Positions 13,196 to 49,280 of a DNA stretch of 64,000 nucleotides are shown piece after piece (positions within the stretch are counted from its first letter, which is position 1; the number at the start of each line of letters is the position of its first letter). A model generated the notes under the pieces. It saw only the letters and a program-made list of their open reading frames with translations, was not told the DNA's origin and made no database searches. A program made the translations under genes and the position numbers. This DNA is from the human T2T-CHM13v2.0 reference genome, Homo sapiens, in NCBI RefSeq assembly GCF_009914755.1, contig NC_060945.1, one strand, 5' to 3'.

Positions 13196-15082
13196 CCTGT
13201 GGAGGGCAACGGGGTGAGCTGCTGGTCGTGTCGTGGGGGTGTGGCTATGTGACAGTTGGCACAGGACATGCTTGGGTCTACTTCTGTCAATAGCTTTATT
13301 TCGTGGCAGTGGATTGCCTGTTGTTTCTCTCATAGTTTATTGAATGCCGGGGTTTTTTTGTAGAACAGTGGAGACCAAGATAAATAGTCCTCATGCCCAG
13401 AAACAGGCACTCCCCTTCAGACAGGCCCTGGGTGGGTGTGGTCACCAGGTGAGCGGGCTGTGGGCTTGGGGCTGCCTTCATCCCTGCAGGCACCACAGGC
13501 TTCCGATTCTTCCAGCAGTGGCCATAGCCAGCCTGTGCATGGTGTGGGTGCCAGAGTGGCCCCGCCCCTTCTTAGATGCCAGCAGGCCTTGGATGCTGTG
13601 CTGTGCCTGGTGTCTGCTCCTGCCCTCCCTGGCAGAGGGCTACTGCTGCTTGCTTCCGGCTCCTTGGCGTGCTCCTGGCCCAGCCTCCGTCGCAGGTGGG
13701 TCCTATACCCTTGGGGTGCAGGGCTCGTGCCCACTCCTGCTCCTGCTGCCAAACTCTGCCTTATACCTGGACAGTGGCTTGGGCGGGAGAGTGTGTGAGC
13801 CAGGGCAGGCCTTGAGTTGAAAATGTTTCCTGCCTCTCCCCGGTGGCTCTGTACCTGGTAGAAGGAGGGAAGAGGCTGCAGGTTCCCCATCCCCTGTTTT
13901 CTCCTTTCCTGCCCTCTGGCAGCTGCCAAACTCAGGGTGGGCGGGGAGGCCTTTGCCCTGCGCTCCAGAGTGCACACAGAGCTCTGTGCATGGTGTGAGA
14001 GTTCAACAGAAACGGGAATGAGGAAGGGGGAACAGTCGGGTTTGGAAATGGTTTTTACTCAGAGTTGAAGGCACTGCCTTTTACCTTGAGCAACGTAAAG
14101 CTGTTCTGATTCCTGATTCTCTGTATGGAAGGATTCTCTCGGGCAGTGTCCAGGGTCTTATGGCAGGAATGACATCTCCAGTCCCCTGTCCCCCTCTGGA
14201 ATTTTGCCTATCCAGGGGATCCCCCTCTCTTGACCCTGGGGAGGTTTATGTGGCCTGCTGGGGCGGTAATTGCCATGTGACTGACGGGTTGAGGGGGCTC
14301 AGGCTTGGCCCGGGTGCCATGTTGGAAGGAAGCCCAGGCCGCGGGGATAGGCCATGCAGGTGTGCTGTCTGCCAGCCGCGTTGACCACCAGCTACACACA
14401 AGTGAGCCTACAGGTGCCTCGAGCCACCCCAACTGATGAGCAGAGCAGAGCAGAGCCCAGCCGCCCCTGTGAGCCCCGCTCCAGATACAGATGTGTGAGC
14501 AAAATAAATGTTGCCACTGTCTGAAGCCATTTTTCTGGGGGTTGTCGTTAAACAGGCTTAGTGCCTGAGGCGGGACTCTGTGGCCGGTTCTCTGTCATGT
14601 CACATTGGACCTTGGCATGGGCCATGCCCGTCGTGTGCTGGGCATGTGCTGGACCATGTCAGCCCTGCACCAGCCTTCCTGGGGCCTGCCATGGACCCAC
14701 GCTGCCCGCCGGCGATGCCGTCTCTGGATCCAGTCACTGAGCGGGGGGTGTTAGACCCATAAAGAAGCAAAGTTTAGGGGGAGCTTGGAAGGGAGTGGGC
14801 TGCCCCGGGCCTCTTCACGCGACGCCAACGCCACCTTGGTGTGAGCCAACAGAGAGGGCTGTGCCCCAGGTGTGGGGTTGCGGGCAGGAGCTGCCCACTC
14901 AGGCTCTCTGAGGCGTCTTTGAGTCGTTCTCTCTCAGTTCAGACTTCCCTCTGACAGCTTCCCAAAGCTTTGATGGAGCTGTCCTGAGTCACCTGCACAA
15001 CCTTGCTAGCTGCAGCCTAAGGAGACACTGAGCGAGCACACGGTTCACATTTCTAAAATGATGCTTTAATCAAATATGTTAA

Positions 15083-16170
<1,088 letters not shown>

Positions 16171-17403
16171 CCCACAAAAATCCTGAATTGTAAAGCCACT
16201 AATAGACTAGCTCTGCACTGAAGTACTCAAAGAAAGGATTAGAAACCCAGTGTTCCTCAGATGCAGTCTTTAGGACTTAAATAACTTAAATGGTGGCCTG
16301 TAATGAGCTGCACCTGTGTCCCTGTGAGGGTGCCTGCCAAGCCTTTGAAGCCATGTGTTGTCTTAGGCGGGTTGCATGTCTTCTTGCACTGCTGTTTTTG
16401 CTAGACATTTGCTCACAATCCTTTTTTACATTTTTAAACAAATAGCACAAATATGAACTTGGGCTCGGACCAAGACAGTAGTTCTGAGCTTAGTGAAATT
16501 CACAGCACTAGGGTGAAGTCACTGGGCACGGCAGTCTCTTGCTGACAGCCTGTCCTTTTATTTGACATCATCCTTCGCCTGGCTCCTGCTGTCACTCTCT
16601 TGCGTGTAGGTTTTTGTAAGCATTGGCACTTTCAATGATCCCTTCTGGAAACCAGCCCCCCGCCTGAGCTTTCAGGAATGTATCTGTTTCCACCACCTTT
16701 CAGCGATTCTTCCTGCTCCCTCTGCCAAGGTCTGTTTCTCCAGGATCGGAGGGGGTCGTGTGAATCAGCCCAGATGCTTTCAGCAGCGAACAAGAGGCCC
16801 CAGCACCCGGCTTCCGCCCCGGGGCGTTGGTTCTCTGGCGTCTCTGTGGCCATGGGATGCCACCATAGCAGCCAGGGCCACACCAGGGGATGCTGTTGCT
16901 CCCAGCCCTCTCTGCAGAGCCCCGGGACCCACCCTGTGTGGACTGCTGAGGTCACATGCCCACCCAGACTAGTGACTGGCCAGGGAATGGCATGTACACA
17001 TTGGCTTCTGTCAACTGAGGTCAATCCCTAGTCCCTGCTCCTGCCCTCCCATCATCGTGGCTGTGGGAAGAGGCAAGGAGACCTGAACTGTCGGGAATGA
17101 AGAAGGGGATGGATGCTGAGTAGATCGACATCCGTGACCCTGGGTTTCCTCCTTCCCCCACCTCGAGAGCTTTGGCAAGATTAGACAAGTATGTAAGGAG
17201 AAGGAGCGGGCCTGGCTCCCCTGAAGCTGAGCAGTCAGGGCCTGAATGATTTGAATGGGATCCAAGTAAACCCCATGGCCCCACATGGCAGAGTCTCTGC
17301 ATGGAATCCAGCCTGGACTCACGACCCTGCTGCCTCACAGGCCTGGCACAGCAGTGCCTGCTAGTTCCTTGCCTCTGGTGGGTAGGGGACTGATTGGTCC
17401 TGC

Positions 17404-18748
17404 TGATGGCAGCAGCGGGCTGTCTTTGGAGCAAAGTTGGAGCTACGTTCAGGTGCTGTCATAGCCTGACTGGGTGTGCACACGCTTGGGGCAATGCTGA
17501 CACGCCAGCCCCTTGCCACCTCGGCCCCCTCTGGACTTTGGGCACTGATAAGCATTAGGAGGAAAGCCAAGTGGGGGCTGACGGCAGCTTGCTGCTGGCC
17601 TGCAGGCACCCTTGACACCTACAGCCCGGGCACCATGAATGGCAGCAGGAGGCAGACAGGTTCCTGGGTGGAAGGGGGCAGGTTCTTGGTGAGGCCCCAC
17701 CTTCAGGCCAAGAAGGGCTTGAAGGCTGGGGGCCAGGCTGCCAGTCCTGTGGACTGGAGTGGGAACTTATGGTGCCTTTTTCGGGCCTGCCCATGGCCAC
17801 CCTTGGACCAGTTGGCACAGCATGCACTTCCTCCCCTTTGAGGCCCATAAAAGCCCCAGGCTCAGCCAGAGCTGGGCAAATGTTGGGATGACCACCTGCA
17901 GACAGGAGCAACCCACTCTAGGGCCCCCTCTTTGCTGAAAGCTGCAGAGATGATGGAAAGATGACAGGGAGATGATGGGACAACCAGCTGCAGAGAGGAG
18001 CTACCCTCTCTACTGATAGCTGAACACTTGTTGGGACGACTTGCCTAACCCTTTCTGCTAGGAGCTGAACAGACGTTGGGACACCCTGGCTGCAGAAAGG
18101 AGCTGCCCCCCTGTGGGTTTCCTCAGAGCTGTTCTGTCACTCAATAAAGCTCCTCTTCATCTGGCTCACTCTCCACTTGTCTGCTTACCTCATTCTTCTT
18201 GGACAAGAACTCAGGACCTGCCAAATGGCGAGGCTAAAAGAGCTGTAGCATAAACAGGGCTGAGATGTACCCTTTGCTTGCCACATTACAGGTGAAGTGA
18301 AGGAGAGAAGAGCTGCAGCCCTTTGGGGAACCCAGACCTGGGAGCTCCCCAAGCCAGGGCTGTGATTCCTTCTTTGGGGCCCTGTGGTTCCTGGTGTCTC
18401 TAAACTTTTGGGTGCCACCGTGTTCCCCAGTGCCAGCTGTGGAAGCTGCTTGCAGTGTGCTTGGTCTGGCCGAAGCCTCACAGGGAGCCGGCACCTATAG
18501 CTGCTTGCCCTGCTGAAGCAGCTGGCATGTCTGACTGTGTGCAGTGGCCAGACCCCACGCACGCTCAAACACGCCCTGCCATTCCACGCCTGACTCGCCC
18601 TTGGTAGGCATGGGACCCAGGCCTGTAGTGTGAGCCCAGTGCAGCCTGCCAGGCCAAGTGGGTGAGATGAGCCCAGCAGGCCTGAGCAAAGATGCCCCAG
18701 CCACAGAGGTTTTGGCCAGAAAAACGACAGCCCGAAGATCTCGTAACA
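17404..18748 (+). mobile_element. Solo ERV1 LTR, MER52-like
   Basis: Begins TGatggcagcagcgg and ends cgtaaCA. Internal AATAAA at 18143-18148 followed by ctcctcttcatc...gctaaaagagctgta, as in MER52 from memory. No clear TSD. Confidence 0.7.
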
Positions 18749-18981
18749 CAACGGCATTTTCTCTCCCAGTTTGCAGTGCTTCCCCATCTCTTGGTGCTGT
18801 GGTGTCTGCTTGCAGCTCAGCGTCTGTTCGAGCCCATCTGTTCACACGCTCCTGTCATCCTCCTGTGTCTGTGAAGTCTTAAACCTTTAGTTAAGTCAAT
18901 ACGTGTTCGGTGAGATGCGATTCTCTATTTTATTCACTAAATCAAGACTAGCTGACATGTCTTTGTTGTTATTCCACGTTA

Positions 18982-19345
<364 letters not shown>

Positions 19346-21837
19346 ATGTAGGGAACCTTTAAAAATCCTGAGGAGATAGCCCACAGACCACTCCTGGCCC
19401 ATCTTGACCATTGATGCTGGCCTCATGAGGGCCAGGTGTGTGCTCCTGGGCGTGGGCCCAGGGAGCCTGCAATTTTGACCCTAATGGGGACCGATCTGCA
19501 CAGCTGAGCCAGCCTCTCTGCAGTCCCCATCCCATCCATGGCAAGCCCCCCATACTTTCTTCTCATGGTCAAGGGTTTGGTGACGCAGCTATGAGCAACT
19601 CCTGCTGGCCTGTAAAGCTCCTCTGTCCTCCAATGTTGTGGCCTCTGCTGTGAGAACATCCGTCAGGAGACAGTGAAGACCTCCACAGCTGGGGGCTCAG
19701 TGGGTCCAGAGCATTAGCGCCCCGACCCAGGGGCTGACCCAGGCCCTACGTCACGGGCATGTGTCCCCGGCTAGGAAGTCCTGAGCCAGCCAGGGTGCTC
19801 CTGCAGGAGACAGAACCAGCTGAACCACAGCTTGGCCTCCGGGGAGGACTCACAGGCCACGAGGTGGCGGTGCTTGTGGCTGCTGTGAGTGCCTGCCCCG
19901 GAGAGGGGCTGTGTCTGTGCGCTCACCAGCGGCTCCAGAGCCTGCCGGGCAGCAAACAGACATTATGGTGCCCCGATGGGTGAGCAGCCCCATGCACAGG
20001 TGTGTACCTGCTGACTGTGCGGAATTGTGACTCTCAGGACACTTCCGTAACAATGACCATTTTGACTGCATTGAGAATGACTAGCCTTGGCCACTTCCCC
20101 TGCATTTTGCATGGAGCCCAGGGCCCAGCTCACTCCGATTGTGACGGAGCGTGAGACCCTTGCAGACAGCCAGGGGAGGTGGCAGCCTGAGACTGCTGCA
20201 GCAGGGACAGTTGGCATTTAGCGTCACTCTTGAAGATCGTTTTTGAGAATTTGGGTGTTTGGGGTTTTTAGTGTGGCCTCAAATAGATTGAGTTGTCAAT
20301 GCTACAGCTCCGGAGCCTCAGCTGTTTGTGCCACCCCACACTGGGGTGGATGGGGCTGTGCCCTGCCCTCCCTGAGGCTCACTCACTGTGCCCCTCTCCT
20401 GGCTTCTCTCCTGCCTCCCTGATCAGCAAGTTCCTAGGGGCTCCCCGAATATCATCACTCCCTGGAGCCGCAGAGACCCCCACAGCTCCCTGCTTGGGGC
20501 TCCTCTGCATCCCGCACAAACTCCCCCTTCAGTTCCTGACGCATACCCCTGCCCTCTGCAGGTGCTATGTAGGGGCCCCGCCAGCCTCCGAGGCCCACAA
20601 GGGCTTCTGGTTCAGGAAGGCTCTGTGGTTACCTCAACTCCAAACCCTCTCCACCCCCACCCCCAGGCAGCATGCTGGCACCCTAGCCCCGGGCACCCTG
20701 AGAACACCAAGTGCCGTTTCCTGGAAGAGGAAATGTTTCTGCCAAGAAGTTTCCACGCCTCTGGCCTATGATTGACTGACTTGCTTTTGAAACCCGTTCA
20801 GGAGAGGTCATGCCTATCCCCTTCCTCTACCCGCTGGCCTGCCCTGGCTCACTTGGCTGCATAGTGGGAAACAGGAACTTTTCCACTGGCCCTAAGCAAA
20901 GCCTACTCTCCAGAGACTGGCAGAAAACCAAGTGCCTGAGGAGAGTTGGGTGCGGGGAAAGCCGGAGGCTCCCGTGGGGCCCTGTAGCGGGAGTGCCTTC
21001 CCAGTCGCTCTGGGAAGCCCTGCCCTCTCCTCCTCCCACCTGCCTCCCTGCCAGTGTCCTCCCCCAGCAGACCTGCAGGAACAACACCGTCATGGGGGCC
21101 CGAGAGTTGGGGACCTCCCAGGCCAGCACTACAGCCCAGCACAGATGCCACCAACCTGCGGAGAAAAGCCTTTGTTCGTGTCCACAGCGGCTCTGTCTCC
21201 ATCCTTTAGGTAGCTTGATGCCAGGGCATAATTCAAGCCATTGCTGAGATGCCCAGAGACCAAGAACATGAAGCTGGCCAGGCTTGGTCATTAGGAAAGC
21301 CCTGGGCACCAAGACCTGCCCCCTCACAGCTGCTACAGCTGGCTGGCTGGCTGGCTGGATCCTTCAGGGTGGGGCTGCAGTCATCGTTTCATGAGCCACA
21401 GCCAAGAGGTGTCATAAGCAGCTGCAGAGGTTTGTGGAGGACATATGAACAGCCACCCATCTGGAGTCGGGTCTGCTGTGGACAGGTGTGCAGGTTGTGA
21501 ACGGCACAACTCCATGCCTCCATGCCCTCAGAGTCTACGCCTGGATGGGCACGTGCAGCACCCCGTGTGGACTTCTCAGCTCCCCTCTGTTTTCAGTGTT
21601 CCTGGCTGGGCAGGACGAGCAGATCCTGTACAAAGAGCAGCCCTCACCCCCATCTGCAGTCTGATCTGCTCCCCTCCGTCCTCAGCAGGCCCCTGCACCC
21701 CCATCCTCACCCTCCACACCTCCCCAGCCCTCCCACCTGCACCTGGACTGCACCAGCCACACTCCTGACTCAGGCCTTTGCCCACCTGTGCCTTCAGCCA
21801 GGCATGCTTTTCCCCAGGGCCCGCTGGGCAGCCCTGA

Positions 21838-22560
<723 letters not shown>

Positions 22561-22767
22561 TCTGCATGAGGTAGATCTTATCTCCATGTCTAGATCTTAT
22601 CTCCATTTTGTAGACATGGAAATTGGGACATATTGCCCAAGAACCCCCAACTGATAAGTGGCAGAGTTTGGATTCAAACCCAGATCAAACTGGGTCCAGG
22701 GTTGTGGCTTTTTTCCAGGCTCGTCCAGCAAGTGCCAAGGCTGGGAGGTGCTCGTCAACAGGCACTC

Positions 22768-22867
22768 CATGTTGGCCAGGCTGGTCTCGAACTCCTGACT
22801 CAGGTGATCCACCTGCCTCGGCCTCCCAAAGTGCTAGGATTACAGGCGTGAGCCATCACATCCGGCC
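22768..22867 (-). mobile_element. Tailless 5' Alu fragment with 11-bp direct repeats
   Basis: Alu nt ~1-100 only, flanked by aacaggcactc on both sides. Confidence 0.8.
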
Positions 22868-22912
22868 TAACAGGCACTCTGTGCACGGTGTGTGTGTGTT
22901 GGGGGTGGGGAG

Positions 22913-23850
22913 TGCTATGGGCTAGATTGTGTCCCCTCAAAACTGACATGTTGCAGACCTAACCCCCACTACCTCAGAATATAACCTTATTTGGAGACAG
23001 GGTCTTTAAAGAGGTGATTAAAGCTAAATGAGGCCATTAGACCCTAACCCAGTGACTGGTGTCCTTACACAAAGGGTAATGTGGATGCAGATGCGGAGGG
23101 AGAATGCCCTGCTAGGATGAAAGTGGAGAACAAGGGGGTGCTTCTCCAAGCTAAGGACCACCAAGCAGGGCCAGCAACCCGCAGAAGCCGGAGAGGCCTG
23201 GGACGGAGGTTCCCTCAGCCCCAGAAGGAGCTGTGGCATTAAAGAGTTCAAACTCGCTGGGTGCAGTGGCTCACGCCTGTAATCCCAGCACTTTGGGAGG
23301 CCAAGGCAGGAGGATCACTTGAGCCCAGGAGTTAGAGACCAGCCTAGGCAACATGTAAAACCCTGTCTCTACAAAAATTAGCTGGTGTGGTGGTGTACAC
23401 CTGTGGTCCCAGTGATTCAAGAAACTGAGGCAGGAGGATCACTTGAGCCCAGATCAAGGCCCCAGTGAGCCATGTCCACACCACTGCAAAGTGCGAGACC
23501 CTGTCTCGTAAAAAAGAAACACTATAAGCTATGCACTACCTTGTACGGAAAACGTTGCAACCCTGTCAGACTTCTCTTGTCTCTGCCTCTATGTAAGCGA
23601 GACCTTCCCTTCCCACTCTGGAGCGCTGGCCCATTCTTTTCGAGTCTGTTTCCCGAGTGATGGTTCCCAAGCTTTAAGCTTGAATAAACCCTGGACTTCA
23701 CTGTATTTTATGAATCTCATTATTCAGGGTTGATGGAACCATCCCTGCCAACACCTTGACCCTGGACTTCTGGCCTCCAAGTCTGTGAGACAGTAAGTTG
23801 TCGAAGCACCCACTGTGGGGCCCTTTGCTACAGCAGCCCTGGCGGACTCA
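22913..23850 (+). mobile_element. MaLR (MLT1-like) LTR interrupted by an Alu (~23256-23515)
   Basis: tgctatgggctagattgtgtcccc...ccttatttggagacagggtcttt...ggacttctggcctccaag. Confidence 0.7.
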
Positions 23851-24195
23851 CACTGGGCCACACGGGGAAAACCGAAGGGGAAGCTCGAGGGCATTTAGGG
23901 CCCACCTGGATGATCCAGGAGTGTCTCTGCATCTCAGGAGCCTCAGCTTCACACCTGCTGGACTCTTTTTCCAAAGAGGGCCCATTCACAGGTTTCAGAG
24001 ATTAGGGCCTGGTAGCTTTGAAGGACCACTGTTCAGCTCACCAGAGCTCTACTGTTTTTAGAGGGGAGGGGCGGACAGGGTCTCCGTCTGCCAGTCAGGC
24101 TGGAGTGGCGCTCACCTATAAACTTACTTGCATCCATATGTCCAGAAACTTGCTTGTGCTCCTTTCCTGTCTCCCTCCTTTTCTTCCTTCCTTCC

Positions 24196-25390
<1,195 letters not shown>

Positions 25391-25974
25391 CCTCTGTCCT
25401 ACTGCTGCTGGACTCACAGTGGCCCTGGGACCTCCTGTGACACCATTTCCTCTCCTGTTTTCATTCCCTCCTTTTGGTGGCGTGTGTTCCTGGGCAGAAA
25501 GCCTGCCCTGCATGATGGAAGTGGGTCTCCTGCCTCCGGTGCTAAGGGAGAGGGTGCTGGCCTCAGGGCTTCCAGCCTGCATTCCTTCCTCTTCTGAATT
25601 CCGTCAGGGTTCATCTCCTGGTTTCCATGTGTGCTGGAGGCTGAAGTTGATGCCTTTCTCATCCCAAGCCTCCCTGTGTGAGCTGGGCTTTTCATCCTTT
25701 TTTGGGAGTGTTTTAGACTTCTCATGTCTTGAGTGACCTCACATTTCACAGTGATGTTCACTGTGTAGATCTTTCGCGGTCCATTTTGCTGGGCACTGGG
25801 TGGGCCTCTCGGTCTGCAAAGTCATGTCTTTGAGTTCTGGGGCAGTTTTGTGAATTACTTCATTACTGAGATCCTTCCTTGTTTTCTTTTTGGAACTCTT
25901 ACTTGCCACGTGCTGGGATCCAATAAGCTCAAAGAATTTCACACACAAAAACATAAGGACAAATACATCAGGAT

Positions 25975-28570
<2,596 letters not shown>

Positions 28571-28766
28571 CAAACACGCAAACTGCTCCCGCCAGCTCAG
28601 CCCCGAGCAGACGGCGCAGCCCGTGGAGGATGCTGAGCCACCCAGGCTTCTCCCCGCCCCTTCCTGGACTCTTCTCTCTTTTGCCTTTAATCCACTCTGC
28701 GCAGTCATTGCCTGTGTTCATCCTACCTGGCCGACTTCTCTCTCAATATTTCCTTGGTGAAACATC

Positions 28767-28980
28767 CTAAGAGGAAGTTACATTAGAGAAAATCACATAT
28801 TTCATCTCATAGGCCGTAAACAGGGCCATTTAGGAAGCCATGTGTTAACGAGGGGAGACGGATGCTCTGTGCCGTGTGCAGGGATAACGGTGCCAGGCCA
28901 GGCAGTTACCAATCACGCGTGTGTTTAGGGCTCAGGAAAGCGAAGGAGAAGTGGGCAAGGGTGGCGGGCCCGCTCCGCAC
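28767..28980 (-). other. CBS: CBS 214-nt 3'UTR intron (alternatively retained)
   Basis: GCG|gtgcgg ... ctaatgtaacttcctcttag|GATG; exactly 214 nt, matching the described CBS intron 16. Confidence 0.85.
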
Positions 28981-28998
28981 CGCCCAGCGCTCCGGACT

Positions 28999-47345
<18,347 letters not shown>

Positions 47346-47479
47346 TCAGGCTCGGATGCTGTGGGGTTCCAGCGAACCCTGCTGGCCCGGCCCCCTCTGG
47401 GAGGCGTGCTCTGCTCCCTCAGAGAAGCCCAGGAAGAACTGCACAAAAACACAGGCACCAGCCCTGTGGGCAGCCGCTT

Positions 47480-48160
47480 GGCCATTTCTCTCCTATAGGC
47501 ATATACCAAAAAAAATGGAAGCAGACAGTTGCTTGGGCCGGGTGCGGTGGCTCACGCCTCTCATCCCAGCACTTCGGGAGGCTGAGGCAGGAGGACCACT
47601 TGAGTCCACGAGGTCAAGACCAGCCTGGGCTCCAGCCCCATCTCTATTTAAAAAATAAAACAACAACAACAAAACAGATGCTTGCACACCCATGCTCACT
47701 GCTGCACTATTCACAAGTCAAAACGTGGAGGCAGCCCACGTATCCGCAGACGGATGAACACACACAGTAGGCTCATACACACACTAGAATATTACTCAGC
47801 CCTAAGAGAAATGAATTCTGGCACACGCTACAACACGGACGAAACTTCCGGACATTATGCCAAGCGAAATGAGCCAGACACAAAAGGACAAATACTGTGT
47901 GATTCCACTTCCACGATGAGGCACCTGGGACTCTCGAACGCCCCTCTATGTCTGGCAAATTCATAGAGATAGAAAGTAGAATAGAAGCGGCCAGCGGCTG
48001 AGGTGAGTGGGGAAGGGAGGGTGATTGTTTAATGGGTGCAGAGGTTGTGCTGGGGATGATGAAAACGTTCTGGGTGGAGATAGTCACGGTGGTTGCCTCA
48101 CACTTAGAAATGGTTACAGTGATCAGTGTTACGTGTATTTTACCCAGGATTAAAAACACA
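47480..48160 (+). mobile_element. Old L1 (L1MB-like) 3' end with embedded Alu monomer (~47536-47660)
   Basis: gaatattactcagcc...aaatgagccagacacaaaaggacaaatactgtgtgattccactt...aaattcatagagatagaaagtagaatag. Confidence 0.8.
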
Positions 48161-48381
48161 CACACGCACCTGAAATAGATGAGACAGAAAAAAAAAAGAA
48201 GAAAGCAAAAAGAAAGCCAGGCGAGGTCCCATCTGCTGCCCCTCCTCTGGGGGGACAAGGAACCCACGACCACCTCCCACCTTGCCTTCTTCAGAGGGCC
48301 CAGGACTGGGCTCAGCCCCGCTTCACCCTCCTTTGATTCCCCACATTCAACAGGAAGACTAAGTCCACAGCCGTCACTCAC

Positions 48382-48457
48382 CGGACAGATGGTGCTGACA
48401 GTTCAGCACCGCTCAAACTCTGTAAGGAGACGTGACAACAGAATCTGTCATGGGATC
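48382..48457 (-). other. CBS: CBS non-coding exon 0 (76 nt, c.-84 to c.-9)
   Basis: ttttctattccag|GATCCC...TGTCCG|gtgagt. Confidence 0.88.
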
Positions 48458-48990
48458 CTGGAATAGAAAAGGGCAGTGAGGAGAAAACTCTGCAAATCTG
48501 ACTCAAGCGCGGACTTTGGTTAATGTCAACAATGGTTATGTGATCGTGGAATTGGCTCATTAATTGTAACAAATAGGCCGGGCGCGGTGGCTCACGCCTG
48601 TAATCCCAGCACTTTGGGAGGCCGAGGCGGGCGGATCATGAGGTCAAGAGATCGAGACCATCCTGGCCAACATGGTGAAACCCCGTTTCTACTAAAACTA
48701 CAAAAATTAGCCAAGCATGGTGGCGCACACCTGTAGTCCCAGCTACTCGGGAAGCTGAGGCAGGAGAATCGCTTGAACCCGGGAGGGGGAGGTCAGTGAG
48801 CCGAGATCGCGCCACTGCACTCCAGCCTGGCAACAGAGCGAGACTCCGTCTCAAAAAATAAAAATAAAAATAAAAATAAAAGAAAATAAATAAAGTAACA
48901 AATATACGACATCAGTTTAAGATCTTAATAACAGGGGAAACTGGGGGAACTCTATCTATTTTTTCAATTTTTCTAAATCTAAAACTGCTC
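48420..48990 (+). mobile_element. L1MC/MD-like 3'UTR remnant interrupted by an Alu (48576-48895)
   Basis: taaggagacgtgacaac...gggatcctggaatagaaaa...ggactttggttaat...cattaattgtaacaaat...taataacaggggaaactggg...taaatctaaaactg. Confidence 0.7.
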
Positions 48991-48999
48991 TTTTTTAAA

Positions 49000-49280
49000 T
49001 TTTCGAGACGGAGTCTCCCTCTTGTTGCCCAGGCTGGAGCAGTGGTGCGATCTCGGCTCACTGCAACCTCCACCTCCCGGGTTCAAGCAGTTCTCCTGTC
49101 TCAGCCTCCTGAGTAGGATTACAGACGCCCGCCACCACATCCGGCTAATTTTTGTATTTTTAGTAGAGACGAAGTTTCACCATGTTGGCCAGGCTGGTCT
49201 CGAACTCCTGACCTCAGGTGATTCGCCCGCCTAGCCTCTCAAAGTGCTGGGATTATAGGAGTGAGCCACCCCGCCCGGCC
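49000..49280 (-). mobile_element. Alu
   Basis: Reverse Alu, TSD ctaaaactgct. Confidence 0.9.
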
